Below are positions 21,978 through 34,080 of a stretch of 64,000 nucleotides of DNA, in pieces. Each line of letters starts with the position of its first letter. Position 1 is the first letter of the stretch. The position numbers and the translations under genes are program-made. Below the pieces are notes generated by a model, which searched no databases, was not told where the DNA came from, and was given only the letters and a program-made list of their open reading frames with translations. The stretch comes from Fistulifera solaris. Taxonomy: Eukaryota. The DNA lies in assembly GCA_030295235.1 (NCBI GenBank), contig AP026128.1:372001-436000 (forward strand), written 5' to 3'.

Positions 21978-24278
21978 TTACGTCATGGCGGGAAGGATGA
22001 AGTGGAACATGGCCAACTTGGCCTTGAGCGGATTCGAGCTCATTGGAGTAGTTCCGTCGTCGCTCAACAACACGAAGTTGTATTCTCCCTGCATTCGTGC
22101 AACGACGGGTGTTAAATCCAGCATCGGTTTAACCGAAAGCGGTGCTGTGCTTGTATACTCAAAGCTTTCCCCGGGCTTTAAGGTCGGCTGGCGGCCTGTA
22201 ACACCCGGTCCTTGTACGACATCCTTATGAGGACTGCCAACGGTTTGAATCTCAAATCGACGTGACACCAACTGAATGGAGCGGCTATTTTCGTTCGTAA
22301 TACGGATGTTGTAAGCAAAGCAATGTTTGTCTTGGCGATCATCGGATCGTTCAGGACGGTAGGACGTTGTCACTTCGACACGGACATTGTCCGTCACCTC
22401 TTCAGATGAGTCATTCAATTTCACCTTGATCAACCCAGTTTTCATGTCCTCATCGCCAGGAAGTGTTGAAGAAGGCGTTGCCGCGGTGCTGGGGTTGGCA
22501 GGGGCACTCTTCGCGGCAGCTTTCGGGGGTTCACTGTAGTCGTCATCATCGTCATCCTCGTCGTCTTCCTCTTCATCCTCGACTCGGAATGGTTGTACAC
22601 GCTGGTCCTGTGGGAAAATGAAATGAAAGGTTCCCAACTCAGCAGTAGCTTCGCCTTTGCTCTTCAACTGTTCTTCCGATGCCGTAGTTTGACCAGGCGC
22701 CAAAGTGACGTAACGATATTCACCACGCATTCGGGCAGCAATAATAGTGGTGCCAAGCGGACGCACACTCAAAGGCGCAGTGCTGGTGTATTCGAAAACT
22801 TCTCCGGGTGCCAGAATGGGAGTACGTCCTGTCACTCCTTCTCCCTGAACAACATCTTTCATGCTGCTACCCACAGTTTGAATTTCGAAGCGACGACCCA
22901 ACAGCTGGATCGTATCCGTCGGCGAGTTGTTGGTAATTCGGATTGTATACTGAAAACAGTGTTTGCGCATCGGAGGGTCGGACTGCTCATGATTGTACGA
23001 AGAGGTGACTTCAACACTCAGCGGACCGGTTGTCGTCTTGCTGGACGATTCCACCGGTATCGTCAGTTCTCCTCTGGTAACATCAGTATCGCCTGGCAAT
23101 CTAGGACGTCCACCCGACGCTTCGGAGACCGCAGCTTCTCTGGCGCGATCCGCGCCAGTCTTGGGGCGCTTATCCTCCTCGTCGTCATCGTCATCATCGT
23201 CGTCGTCATCCTCGCTCCGACTGCTAAGACTCTTACCGAGCTGCTGACGTCGAATTTTTTTGACTTCGTCACGCGCTTCTTGCAGGGCCTTTTCCATGGC
23301 CTTAACTCTGGACTCGGGCGTCTCCGGCAACTTTCCCAGAATTTCCTTGGCCCGCTCTTGCTTCTTTTTGTTATCTTCTTCAAGTTCATCCATCAAACGA
23401 CGCATGGTTCGCTCACGACGCGCTTTGGCCTCCCGGTCTTCTCGGACACCCGGATTGCGCATATCTTCCTCGTACTGGCGTTGTTGCTGTTCGAGGTTTT
23501 TGCGACGCTCGGCCATCATCGCCCTTCCTCTCGCGACACGATCTTCGCGAATCTGACGATCCAGCAACGACATACTGCGGTTGGGACTCAATCCGATTTT
23601 GTAAATTTCGGTGTGCACCGCGTATCCTCGCTTTTCGACCGCTTCGGCGTCAATGCCCGGAGGAGGTCCGCCGAGTTTCTTGGCCAGATTTTTCAAATAA
23701 TCAATCTTTTCCTGATCCGCACCAAGCTGAATAGCGTCTCTCAAACGATCATTCACTCCAAACCAAGGATCTTTCGCGAGGCGGCGCTTCAAATCGTTGT
23801 TGGCCTCCACCCAACCGGCGTGATCCTTTCTTCGACGCAAATCGGGCAAGTCATTTTTCCGGATTTGACGCATGACGTTGACATTCTCACCGCGTTCATC
23901 CGCCGACATGGTTTGGACCAATTGATCATCCGGAATTGTCTTTTCTTCTTCACGAAAGAGACGGGAAGGACGGGGTTTGATTAAAGGATTCGGGTCGAAC
24001 GGATCCATCTTCAATCCGGTAAAAGGAGATTTCGCACCGGTGTAACTCGACAAACGAACATCATCATCCTCGTCGTCATCTTCGTCTTCATCATCTTCGT
24101 CCTCATCGTCGTCCATTCCTAGAAAGCCAGAGCTCGAAAGTTCCAAATAGGACGGAGGACGAACATATGTCACGGCCGAAGATGAGAAGGGCGATATCAC
24201 CGACGATATTGTAGGCACAAATGCCTCGGCATTTTCGGAGGCCAAAAACAAGAAGTACGCAAACGCTGCTGTTCTCAT
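21978..24278 (-). CDS. Plastid-targeted protein with coiled coil and two tandem ApaG (DUF525) domains
   Basis: Bipartite presequence MRTAAFAYFLFLASENAEA|FVP. Two copies of F.Y.IRITN...QL..RRFEI...V.G.GV.G..P.L.PGE.FEYTSTAPL...M.GEY. Acidic linkers. Confidence 0.88.
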   Translation of the reverse strand: MRTAAFAYFLFLASENAEAFVPTISSVISPFSSSAVTYVRPPSYLELSSSGFLGMDDDEDEDDEDEDDDEDDDVRLSSYTGAKSPFTGLKMDPFDPNPLIKPRPSRLFREEEKTIPDDQLVQTMSADERGENVNVMRQIRKNDLPDLRRRKDHAGWVEANNDLKRRLAKDPWFGVNDRLRDAIQLGADQEKIDYLKNLAKKLGGPPPGIDAEAVEKRGYAVHTEIYKIGLSPNRSMSLLDRQIREDRVARGRAMMAERRKNLEQQQRQYEEDMRNPGVREDREAKARRERTMRRLMDELEEDNKKKQERAKEILGKLPETPESRVKAMEKALQEARDEVKKIRRQQLGKSLSSRSEDDDDDDDDDDEEDKRPKTGADRAREAAVSEASGGRPRLPGDTDVTRGELTIPVESSSKTTTGPLSVEVTSSYNHEQSDPPMRKHCFQYTIRITNNSPTDTIQLLGRRFEIQTVGSSMKDVVQGEGVTGRTPILAPGEVFEYTSTAPLSVRPLGTTIIAARMRGEYRYVTLAPGQTTASEEQLKSKGEATAELGTFHFIFPQDQRVQPFRVEDEEEDDEDDDDDDYSEPPKAAAKSAPANPSTAATPSSTLPGDEDMKTGLIKVKLNDSSEEVTDNVRVEVTTSYRPERSDDRQDKHCFAYNIRITNENSRSIQLVSRRFEIQTVGSPHKDVVQGPGVTGRQPTLKPGESFEYTSTAPLSVKPMLDLTPVVARMQGEYNFVLLSDDGTTPMSSNPLKAKLAMFHFILPAMT

Positions 24279-25147
24279 TTGACCGCAATAGAAGGGAGAT
24301 TGTAAGCAGAAGTTCTTATCAAATGAAGAGGAGGAGGAAATATTGATCTCGCAATCCCAGCAATGAGATCGAGAGGTGAAGATGCGCAAAGATCATCATG
24401 AGAATTGCGGAACGAGAGTGTCACACGAAGTAGAACTATTCGGGAGGACTGAATGAGTCATTTTTCGTTCGTACGAGATCTACGTACGGAGCCAAGCCAA
24501 GCATCTGCTCACCGATGACGTGGAACGTGAACATCGTTCGTGTCTCAATGACGTCGCGGCCGTGACTCTCCAACAAACAGTAGACGGAAACGACAAATTA
24601 TTCACGAAACGACTAGGGTGGTCTGCCATACGAGTCTAGCCGACGATTCTATCTGAACCACAGAACAAAGTAACGTGAAATAATATTATCGTCACGCAAC
24701 TTGATGTTCAAATAATAATCATGACATTTCTATTAAAGCATCACGACGACGGTCTTCCTCTCTCTGCTCTTGCGCTTCATCAACCGTTCTCTCTAGAATG
24801 TCTACTACCTACTTCAAGCAGCATGCAGTCACAAACATCATTCATTTGCAATTAAGCTGCAAAAACGTGAAGCAATAGGTCATCAACAATAACATCATCT
24901 GCAAGGAATGCATCGATCAACAATGCCATAACGGTTCTTCCAATGGTAACTATAGCATCAATTACTGACTCGATTTTTACGGTTAAGGAACTTCTTTCCA
25001 GCATAAATGAATCCTGATCTATGAATTGCGTCTTTTCTAACATGGTGTAATACACTCTCTTCAAGCATTTATCAGTCGTCAGATGACAGAATATGTAGCT
25101 TCTTTACAAAAGCGGAGGTAAGATACATGTACAGGCTACTCATCTAT

Positions 25148-25990
25148 TTAAGGTTCCGATTCTTTCCTCGAAAATCGGTTCGGAGAGAAAAGCGGCCTAC
25201 TTGCCAACACGATGCCGGATACAGCTGCAATGGCCAAAGCAGCTATCGACAATATGCCTGTTACCGTCTGAGAGGATTTGGCAAGGTACAAACGAAAGGC
25301 AGTCACTGTCATTTCCCACAAATTCAACAGCTTGATGCCGTCTGTAGCGTAGGAAGTCAGAAACGACCAGAGATGTAGCTTCATAGCCAACATCGCCGAC
25401 ACCAAAAGGTGCGAGCCCTCTTTCGATCGGGCCGCAAGAGGTCAAATTCTAGAATGGCTCGGGTTGTCACAGAATTGAGAAAAGCAAACAAGCTCATAAA
25501 GAAGCTCCAACGCGTAAACGTAAACTCATAGGGACACACTTGCATCATGAAATCATGGCACGATTTGGCTGGAATCGAGTGGCTTCCGAGAAGGAGAAAA
25601 CCGTTGGCAGTGGCTGTCGACACCACGATGACATTGAGACTGAGTATAACAGAAAGCAGAGAGAAAACGTGGTATAGAATGTAGGTCTCAGTCATCCATT
25701 TGTGCTTTCGTGGGTATTCTTGCGAGCTACCGGAAAGTGCAAACATTGCGCCAAACGCACTCTGCGACCATGGTCTGATTCGTAAGATACATGCATTTTG
25801 ACTCAAACAAAGATGCTTCTGGACTTACCCCAGCGATTAAAGATGAGGGAACTCTCATCCCATTGAAGAAGGAAGACGCCATGTCGGCATAATCTGGAAT
25901 CGCACGGAGGGCGACGGTGCGAGACCCTTTCACAAGCGCATGATGAGTTGCGGGTGTGCTTACGAAAGAAAGAACGGAAAAAGCCGTCAT
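25148..25990 (-). CDS. Hypothetical multi-pass membrane protein
   Basis: Three ORF pieces joined by an intron (~25828-25762) and a frameshift in the A-run at ~25404. Several hydrophobic helices. Start codon uncertain. Confidence 0.6.
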
Positions 25991-26757
25991 GCCGCCGGTT
26001 CAAGGAATGTAAATGAGGCGAAGAGCGTTGAGGTTGCTGTACGGGCAACATTATACAATTGAAGTGATGATAAGAACGATGAAAGACGAAGAAAAGTGAT
26101 TTTGAATATTTTGGTGACATTCATTCGAAATCTTTTTTGTTTCTTCGTTTCAAAGAACTCAGAAATATTCTATAGATTAAAGAGTAGATGTGGTGTCTTA
26201 CAGCTACTCGGTCCACCTTATGCCCCAATGTATGCCGTGACTGTTCCGGGACCGTGACTAAAAAACTAAAAAGCCATCTTCAAGAACCAAGCACCATGGC
26301 GGGAAAAGAAGAAAGCGTTATGTGCAATCCGTGGTATGAGAAGCTACCAATGATAAAGCGAATTCCGGGTACCGCAAAGACTTGACAGGGTACATATATT
26401 GTTACACTCTCCGATCTTCGCATTTTTCCACCGCAACATTCTTCGCGGTTTCATGGATCAACAAAAAAATTGCAAGCATCAGCCGTTTTCATCGCGTGTC
26501 TTGATCCACGATCAACGCGAGGAGCCCACACGCTGTTATTATTTCTTGCGGGAAAACGCAGCCGCATTAGAGGCGAATGACAATTTAATGTTTCGTTCTC
26601 ATTAATTTTTGCCTTGCTTTAAAAGTATCATATTATTAATCAAAACCACACGTTGTATCAGTAAAGTCAATTGTGTTGTTTATCAAGAGCGGAAACATAA
26701 AAAAAAGAAGAAAATGACTTCCGGATATTCGTCGCAAAGGGCAGTCGTCCCGTCAAA

Positions 26758-28239
26758 GTGATAATAAGCCGGGATCAGTCGATTCTCGCTAAACGTCATT
26801 TACCTCGACAACTTCGGGGCGACTCAAATTTCATTCTCGTGGGAAATCGAAACAAGAAAGGAAAGTTTGTTTTACTTTCTCGCCCGAAAATCAAGCTCAC
26901 GCACGTACTATCGAAAACGTCCTTGACCTCGTCGCCCAGCCGAGAAGCCACGGACACAGCGTCCAGTAACACCGAGACTGCCGCGACAACTCTTCACAGC
27001 GGTTCCGATTCCGAGCAAGAAGTCAAACATGATTACGAGTCGGATGCGAGCGGTTTTCACTCGAGAGTGAATCCTTCCCGCAGTGAGGACAGCAGCCCAG
27101 GAAATTCGGACAAGCCATTGATTCCGAAAATGGGACCGCAAGATGTTAACGTCCTTGAAGAAAATGAATACCTTGTTGAGCTATGTCGAAAATATAAGTC
27201 GCGCTGTCAAGACACGGAAGCTTTGAAGGAAGAGATTCTTGCATGGGTCCACGGAAAGGGTGGAAATTTTGTTGTGCCGACGAAAGGAGTCTTTACGGTT
27301 GCCCCGTTTTCGACAGTGGACGGCTTTCTGCAACGTATAATTGACGGTGCAACGCAGAAGAAAACTAAGATGGTGGTGCCGAGCCCATTGAAATCAAAGA
27401 GCAAAACGAAGAATGCATCTCCTCGTCCGATGGCCTCCCCTTCCCACGAAAGCAAAGGGCAAATCCAAACAGCTCTGTTTTCCCGAAGGTTCGATAGTTC
27501 CAAATGACGTAGATGTGCTTTTGGGTCGTGGTAATCACACTGCATACCGCGAGGGTAACCTAAACTTCCGAAAGTACTGCTGGGCGCTGCGCGAGGGTAC
27601 GATTACAATATGTTGACAATTGACCCGTTCGAAACGCAATGAAATGGCTCATACATCATCTTACTGATATTTCTCTTTCTTTGACAGAATACAAAAAGAT
27701 TCCTCGAAACGAGAAGCGCCGTCTTGCCCAGGCAGTTGTAGATCGAGTTCACGCAGAAGGAGGACGATTTTTGGAACCGTCTGGTGACGCTTTTATTGTT
27801 GCGAGCGAAGCTAGAGCCCTTGAGAAGGTTTGCCAGGCTCTACGTGAGAAGAAATGGGAATCTCGTAAATCCCTGCTCGGTCCGGAATACAGCGGCACGC
27901 CTGTACAAAAAGAAAGCAAGCCTCAATTCGACAAGACTCTCAAGTTCAGCAAAGTAAACTTGGCAAAGGAGATGGCAATGAAGAAGGCACCAACTTCTGT
28001 AACTCCAAGCTGGCAGCAGCCAGCGCAATCGAAAACCCCTTGAAGCTGTTGCACCGCAATCTGTGAACGAGGAGCTTGAAGTCGGATCACGCATCGAAGT
28101 GTATTGGCCACTGGACCAGAAGTATTATGCAGCAACAGTTAAAGCTGTAAATGGTGGTTACGTCCATATTGAATACGAGTTAGACGGCGTTCTTGAGTGG
28201 CTCAACTTGTCCGAACACACTTTCCGGACGATTTCGTGA
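26758..28239 (+). CDS. DUF6824-domain protein with C-terminal Tudor-like domain
   Basis: VPNDVDVLLGRGNHTAYREGNLNFR...GGRFLE...ALEKVCQALRE across an intron at ~27597-27688. After a frameshift at ~28038: LEVGSRIEVYWPLDQKYYAATV...HIEYELDGVLEWLNL*. 5' end uncertain; another frameshift at ~27480. Confidence 0.75.
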
Positions 28240-28448
28240 AGTGGAGCGACTATTGAGGAGTATACTCATTCTAGATACCGTCCTTAGAAAGACTGGACCC
28301 AAGTAAAATGCTTAGTTATATAATTTTTCACATTAAAAATGATTTGCATTGATCAATTGCACCATTTTACGATTATACAATATTGGGTCGCCGATAAAGA
28401 AACGGACGTGTAGTCTTAACTATACTTTGTTTCAGCTATAGAAAAGTA

Positions 28449-29220
28449 TTAGGAGAGTCCCTGCGGATAGAGATCTGGTCTCATCCAAGGAATTAGTGCC
28501 AGAATCAATGCCTGCTCGTAGTAGTGTGATCGATCTACGAGTCCATCGGTTAATACACCGACTACGCCCAAGCCTTGCTTTGATTTTTCGATGTCAAAAA
28601 CCTTGTCTGTTGCATCCCCTAGTTCCATTCCCTTCTGCACAGCTTCTGATATTTTCCACGGCAAGGGAAAGGCCGCAGCTTTGGCTAAGCCGAAGACTGG
28701 TCGCTGGTCTCCGTAGTATGTTGTTGTGTCTTTACTCGCTAACATGTCAACCGAAAGGGCTTCTCGACGCCCATAAATCGCCATCCAAGCCATGCAGTAG
28801 AGATCTTTCGTTTCGTGTTCCCCGTTACCGTTCATGGTGGGGTCTGCTTCGTTCGCGGTGTCTCCGGCTGTTCTCCTATCCGGCGTCCTCCACTCCAATC
28901 CTCCTTCCATGCCGATCGCAACGTGTGGCGCCTTGCCATTCCTCTTGCAGAATGCCGCAAAAGCTCCCTTGGCGCGATTCTTGGCACCTTCACACGTTTC
29001 GTCGTCACCGAACGGCTGATCCGCAATGCCCGAGGGCACGTCAAAACTTTGTACGACCACTTGAACGTTGCGGTCGGGTCGCTCCATGAGCTGTCGGAGA
29101 GCCCGTTCGGCGGCCCGAATCTTGAGCCGGATTGCGCGTCCCTACGGCGACGCGGAGAATGAACGTGTGCGGACGCTCCTCGGTCGTAAAAATATCCGTA
29201 ATAATAGAAGTCAAGGACAT
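28449..29220 (-). CDS. Non-canonical purine NTP phosphatase (YjjX/PRRC1-like inosine/xanthosine triphosphatase)
   Basis: RVAVGTRNP.KI (upstream of a frameshift at ~29125), VPSGIADQPFGDDETCEGAKNRA, IGMEGG, GMELGDA, KQGLGVVGVLTDGLVDRSHYYEQALILAL. Confidence 0.88.
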
Positions 29221-30391
29221 GATAAATTAAAACCAAAATTGTTGCTGGATAGACTGTGAGCCATAAAAATGACGGCGTTTGTTTTTGCACTCATCCGTAT
29301 GCGCAATAATTATTTGCACCTGCCTGGCATGCGCGGCTTTGCATCTTCCGGGACTGATTATTAGTTGAGTCGGTAGTTGTAGAACCTACTCTTACCGCGA
29401 TAATAAACAATGATGAGATCGCGAAATATAATTATGCTTGCATTAAGCGTAGACTAACACATACCGACCATATCATCGTGAAATTCTACCAGGAACGTCA
29501 ATATAATTAGACTTTGAAGCTGCTCTTACAATTCTAGTTGGTCGGTGCTTAGGGCGCAAGCAAACAATTGGGTTCTCGGGACTGTGTTGAGTCGTCGGAT
29601 CCTGCTTGTACTCTGTACAAGATATCATGAACCGTCCGCACGTCGAATCGGTATACGCGATTAGTGGCAGCAACATTCGAGAGCAATACGTCGACACACG
29701 TCGACCATGAGCTACCTTGAGAATACAAACTGGAATTGCAGCGGCGTTTTTATTAACAGAAGTGAGGAGAGAAGTAGGTGGACAACATCGTGTTTGAGCG
29801 CAATGCAAGGGCCGTCGGATGACTAAAAATATAATGTACTCGAATAGGTGACGAAGTGTCGACGTCGTCGGGCGGAACCCGTCCTCCAAACAATATTTTC
29901 GAATGCCTGGCGTATTGCTATACTAAGTTGTTGATGCAATAAACAGTCGGTATTATTAACTACGAAAGAGAATTGTTTGGCGATGGTTGGAGAGAGATGC
30001 GTGCCGCGTGGCGTGAACTTGAAACGGGACGCCCCGCACTGTCAAGTCACAGTGGTAGAAGTTGTGCGGGATTCAGAACGTTTCGAACATTCACTGTCAA
30101 ACGGCATCACCTTTTCTAAAACACCTTAACAGTTCACGCTATAAATCCACGCACATGCAAGAACATTCCAGCATAAAAGGTGTTGTGCAAGAGCGTTGCT
30201 TCTCAGCGTGGAATACAATTAGGGGCGAAACGGAAGGGAGAAAGTTCCGGCGCGAATGAGCGCAGTTCCGAGGTCAACGAATTGTCGTTATATCTTGTAT
30301 CCCATTCATTCAAATCGAGCGAAAAAAGGAGCGGTTCGACGGCAAGCGCTCACTTGGCGGATCTTCGCAGCCTCGTTTCATTCCTCGTCCT

Positions 30392-31851
30392 ATGGTGGAC
30401 CAAATGAGCACAGGCACCATGTTTCTGCCTTCGATCTCTTCGAGCGATTCACCCATCTGTCATTGGCCTTGTGATGTAGTCAGCAGCTCGTTTACCTCAC
30501 CAGCGAGACAGACTTATCGCAACCGAAGCCGGCCCATGGAGGGTCAAGATATCACAGCTTCCTCGTCTTCTTCTGCGTCGTCCCCCGCGTCATTGCACAA
30601 TCACAGTCTCGCTGAAGGGCATCGCTACGAAGAGAAGTCTCCCGATAACCAGGAAGAAGACAGAAAGCCCATGGCGATAGCCAAATGCATGAGCGATCAT
30701 ACAAGTCCTTCCTTTGAAATGCGCATGACATTCTCCGAAGATTGCGACGACGATCATCGTGCGTTTCATACTGCGAGCGCGTTGGGTATCCTGGATGGCG
30801 ATCACATTGGCATTGGTATCATCCCACACGCTCCCGAGTTTCTGTTGCAGACCTATCAGCATTTCGCCGCTCCCCCCGAATACGAATCATATCCTAACAC
30901 CCAGGCGGAGGAAGAGAAAGAGGAAATTGAACAGCAAAAGATGCACGAGGAGCTGCAAGAAGCATTCTACATGGATCATCCGGCGAATACGCAAGCGGAT
31001 TATACCAGCGATAAGACGAAAGCCGTGAAAGTCTGGCGTCGATCCTCGAGAGTCAAAGCAGCGAAAGTCGTCCGGTCCCGCAAGTCACCTGCCAAGTTCA
31101 AGAGCCCTCGAAAGTCAGCAGGTCGACACATGAAAGAAGAGCCGGCTGAGGTTCCCCCGGAAATCAAACCTACGGAGCGCGAAATGAATAGTGCCGTGAA
31201 TCGGCGCCAACAAGAAGCCCTTCAGCAGTGGTACGGAAAGTTGAACGAGCTCAATCAGTTTCGAATTGCGAAAGGTCATTGCAACGTTCCACAGCAGTAC
31301 CCTCCAAACCCTCAGCTCGGCATTGTAAGTGTACTGTGTGCTTGTGCTCAAAAACATTTCGTTACGATTAATCTCATCTGGAATCCTCACTTCGATCACA
31401 GTGGGTGAATAAACAGCGAATGGAGAAGAAATTCATGGACGACGGAGAAAAGTCATCCATGACGGAGGATCGAAAGCGACAATTAGAAATGATAGGTTTC
31501 ACTTGGGCGAAGCGTAAGGGTGACTACTCGTGGAACGAGAAGTTTCGTGAGTTGGAGGAGTTTAAACGAATGAACGGGCATGTGGATGTTCCGACAAAGT
31601 ACGAGGAAAACAAGGCCTTGGGACGATGGGTCAGCACGCAACGTTCGCAATACAAACTCTTCATGCAAGGCCAGAGATCGCATATGACTCAAGAGCGTCT
31701 GGATGAGCTTGTGGCCATTGGGTTCAAATTCGACATGACAACAGCACCGCCAAAGCCCGCGAGTCGCAGAGGACGCAGCCGTTACATCGAAGAAGAGGAG
31801 GATGATGACGACGATGATGATTATGAATCAGATGAAGCGTATTCAGTTTAG
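30392..31851 (+). CDS. Helicase-associated (HA) domain protein, two HA repeats, no helicase domain
   Basis: WYGKLNELNQFRIAKGHCNVPQQYPPNPQLGI-(intron ~31325-31401)-WVNKQR...LEMIGFTW and WNEKFRELEEFKRMNGHVDVPTKYEENKALGRWVSTQR...LVAIGFKF. Start at 30392 or 30404. Confidence 0.9.
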
Positions 31852-32034
31852 ACAGCGTCTTATGCTTGATGCTGGCCGACTTTGAAAGTCTATTGGCCAA
31901 AAATGAAAAAGAAACACTCTCTTTCTTCATCCGTTTTTCTACACTAGTGATCAACAATTTAAAAAATTACAATTTCATGGTATCGGATAACTTATATATA
32001 AACAACGATCTGCGATTTGTCTGCGTTTGACTGG

Positions 32035-33119
32035 TTAAGGCATATTGATCAAGTCGTGCACCTTCTTGTTTGATGTAGGCTTGATCGGAACTACCGCTTC
32101 GCCATCTTCATCGAAAATGTCGTCAATGGGACCGAGTTCCGAATCCAGAAAATCAGCCAGCATGGATCGGGAAAAGTCGCTTTGGAGTGATTCGAATGCT
32201 GGAGGTGGAATGTTCTGCGGCGCTTCCGACTGCTGGGGTTGGGTATTACAACTGTTTAGGTTCATTGTGCCATTCATGTGAGCGACTCGCTGCACAGTCA
32301 AAGGAGTTCCGTTGAAATACTGTTGAAAGAGGGGCGCAAATCTGGATCCGTAAGCTAGATGTGCGAACTGCGGCATTCTTCCCATCGCTGAACTACTGTT
32401 GCTCTTGATTTGCCCGAGAAGAATCTGGTTGACCTGATCGAAATGACTATTCACCGAAGGTTGGTTGTAAAGCCCTCCATTTACTCCAGCGAGGCTTTCT
32501 GCACTAACCCTCCTCACTTCTGCGATCATTTGCTGACTCTTCTGACGACGAATAGTCTTCGATTTGGTGCTAGACTTATATTTTAAGTGCAATAGATTTC
32601 GAAAGCTGGAACAAACGTATCGAGTTAGAGAGACAAAAACAGAATTCGACGAGCGTTCACCACTTGAGAACCAAGTACTTACTTTTGACCCGTTTTCTCT
32701 CGTGCGTTATGATCGCCTACCTCGTACCATCGTCCGCCTTCTATCTTCACAAATCCTCCCTCTGGACTGGCACTTCGAATGTCCTCAACAACTTTCGAGA
32801 CAATAGCGGACTTATCAAGTTTCGTGACAGCCTTTTCGTAATCATGAATATAAGACTCAATTAACGAGCGGAAGTGCTGATTGCCAGGATGATTGAATGC
32901 TTTATGGCCTCTAGAAATTGAACAGAAGTGAGAAACAAGTAATGATGTATCGGACTGCGAGAAAATGTTGAAGCAGCAACCTTACCGTGCACAAATAACA
33001 TCTCGGTTACCCGGTTTGAAAGACGCTGGTAACGCCTTCATCTCTTCATTCTCTGTCGTTGATGGATGGCTGTCGAAATCAATTGAATGATTCATGGTAT
33101 CGATGGATGCATTCAACAT
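32035..33119 (-). CDS. DUF6824-domain protein (three exons)
   Basis: Spliced frame PGNRDVICAR|GHKAFNHPGNQHFRSLI...KSAIVSKVVEDIR...GGFVK...WYEVGDHNAREKTGQ|NFRNLLHLKYKSS. GTAAG donors at ~32986 and ~32682; frameshift at ~33020. Confidence 0.82.
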
Positions 33120-34048
33120 AAGTAAAAGCGAGGACAAGGGTTGATCAGCAATTGCCGTATTTTCGTTTTTATGTGTCTGATGTGGCTTATTGCTATCAAG
33201 ATAGAAAATTTTGACGACTACAGCCCCTCGTCAGTGCCGCTTATCCGGGTGTGTGTTTCGAGTGTGTGAATGATGCATGAGTGTCCCACTCGAGAAATAG
33301 AACTCCGAAACGTGGAACGCAGCCGTTCCGTGGATTTATTTTGTTCGTTGTTCGCCGGAAGAAAGCAAAAGACCATTAGCCATTAGTACAAAATAATGGA
33401 CAGCGCGGAATTGAGGCCGCCGGCCGCCACCAAAACATGACGAGGAATGCGAAAAGAATAGCGCAGCAGTTAAGCCTCATAATCTAAATCTAGCTAAATA
33501 AATCTAGGTCTTTTTGAAGTACACTATGTATAAAAATATGAAAAGCTAAATTTGACTAGTCAGCATTAAGTACGTTTTCTACTTTAATGACTTTACCAGT
33601 GAAAAGCCCTTACTTTATAGTTTACAGTAATTTCGTCAGAAGGTCGTGTGCGATACGTGGCTGTGATCGTTGGATATAAAAGTAAACTTGTACTCAATAA
33701 TGAATAGTCATTAGTCAATCGTGAATTAAGTGATCGTGAATCCTCTAGTAGCGGAAGTCGCACGTGTTGAGCGGCGAGGTTTTGTTAAGGTGTTAAGGTG
33801 ATCCAGGGGTCATAGATGATGAATTCGTCGAATGCATGTGTGTCATGCGTCATGCAATGAAGTGCCTAAATTTGCGTTACACTGTAGACGTTTTCAGTGG
33901 AAACGATATCTCTTTCAAGATCTAAACCATAAACCATAGACCATAGATCTTTAATAAAAATCGAAAGGTCTTCGGAAGGTTCATCGAAGATCGAAGATCG
34001 ATAAATATCGGTGTTTTCGTCCGTGTCAAAAGCCAAGTGTCCAATTTC

Positions 34049-34080
34049 TGTGATGTGAGATGTGAGATGTGAGATGTGAG
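34049..34080. repeat. Short (GTGAGAT)n microsatellite in intergenic DNA
   Basis: TGTGATGTGAGATGTGAGATGTGAGATGTGAG; neighbouring CCATAAA/CCATAGA and TCGAAGA micro-repeats at 33926-34001. Confidence 0.8.

Noticed and set aside
22593..23984. 463-aa plus-strand ORF (likewise 40219-40980)
   Set aside because: Antisense shadows of the ApaG and SerRS genes.
24852..25064. 70-aa minus-strand ORF
   Set aside because: Non-ATG start in the track, no motifs, no convincing upstream exon.
29473..29889. 138-aa minus-strand ORF, and short ORFs at 33900-34900
   Set aside because: No domain features or coding-like composition; treated as intergenic.
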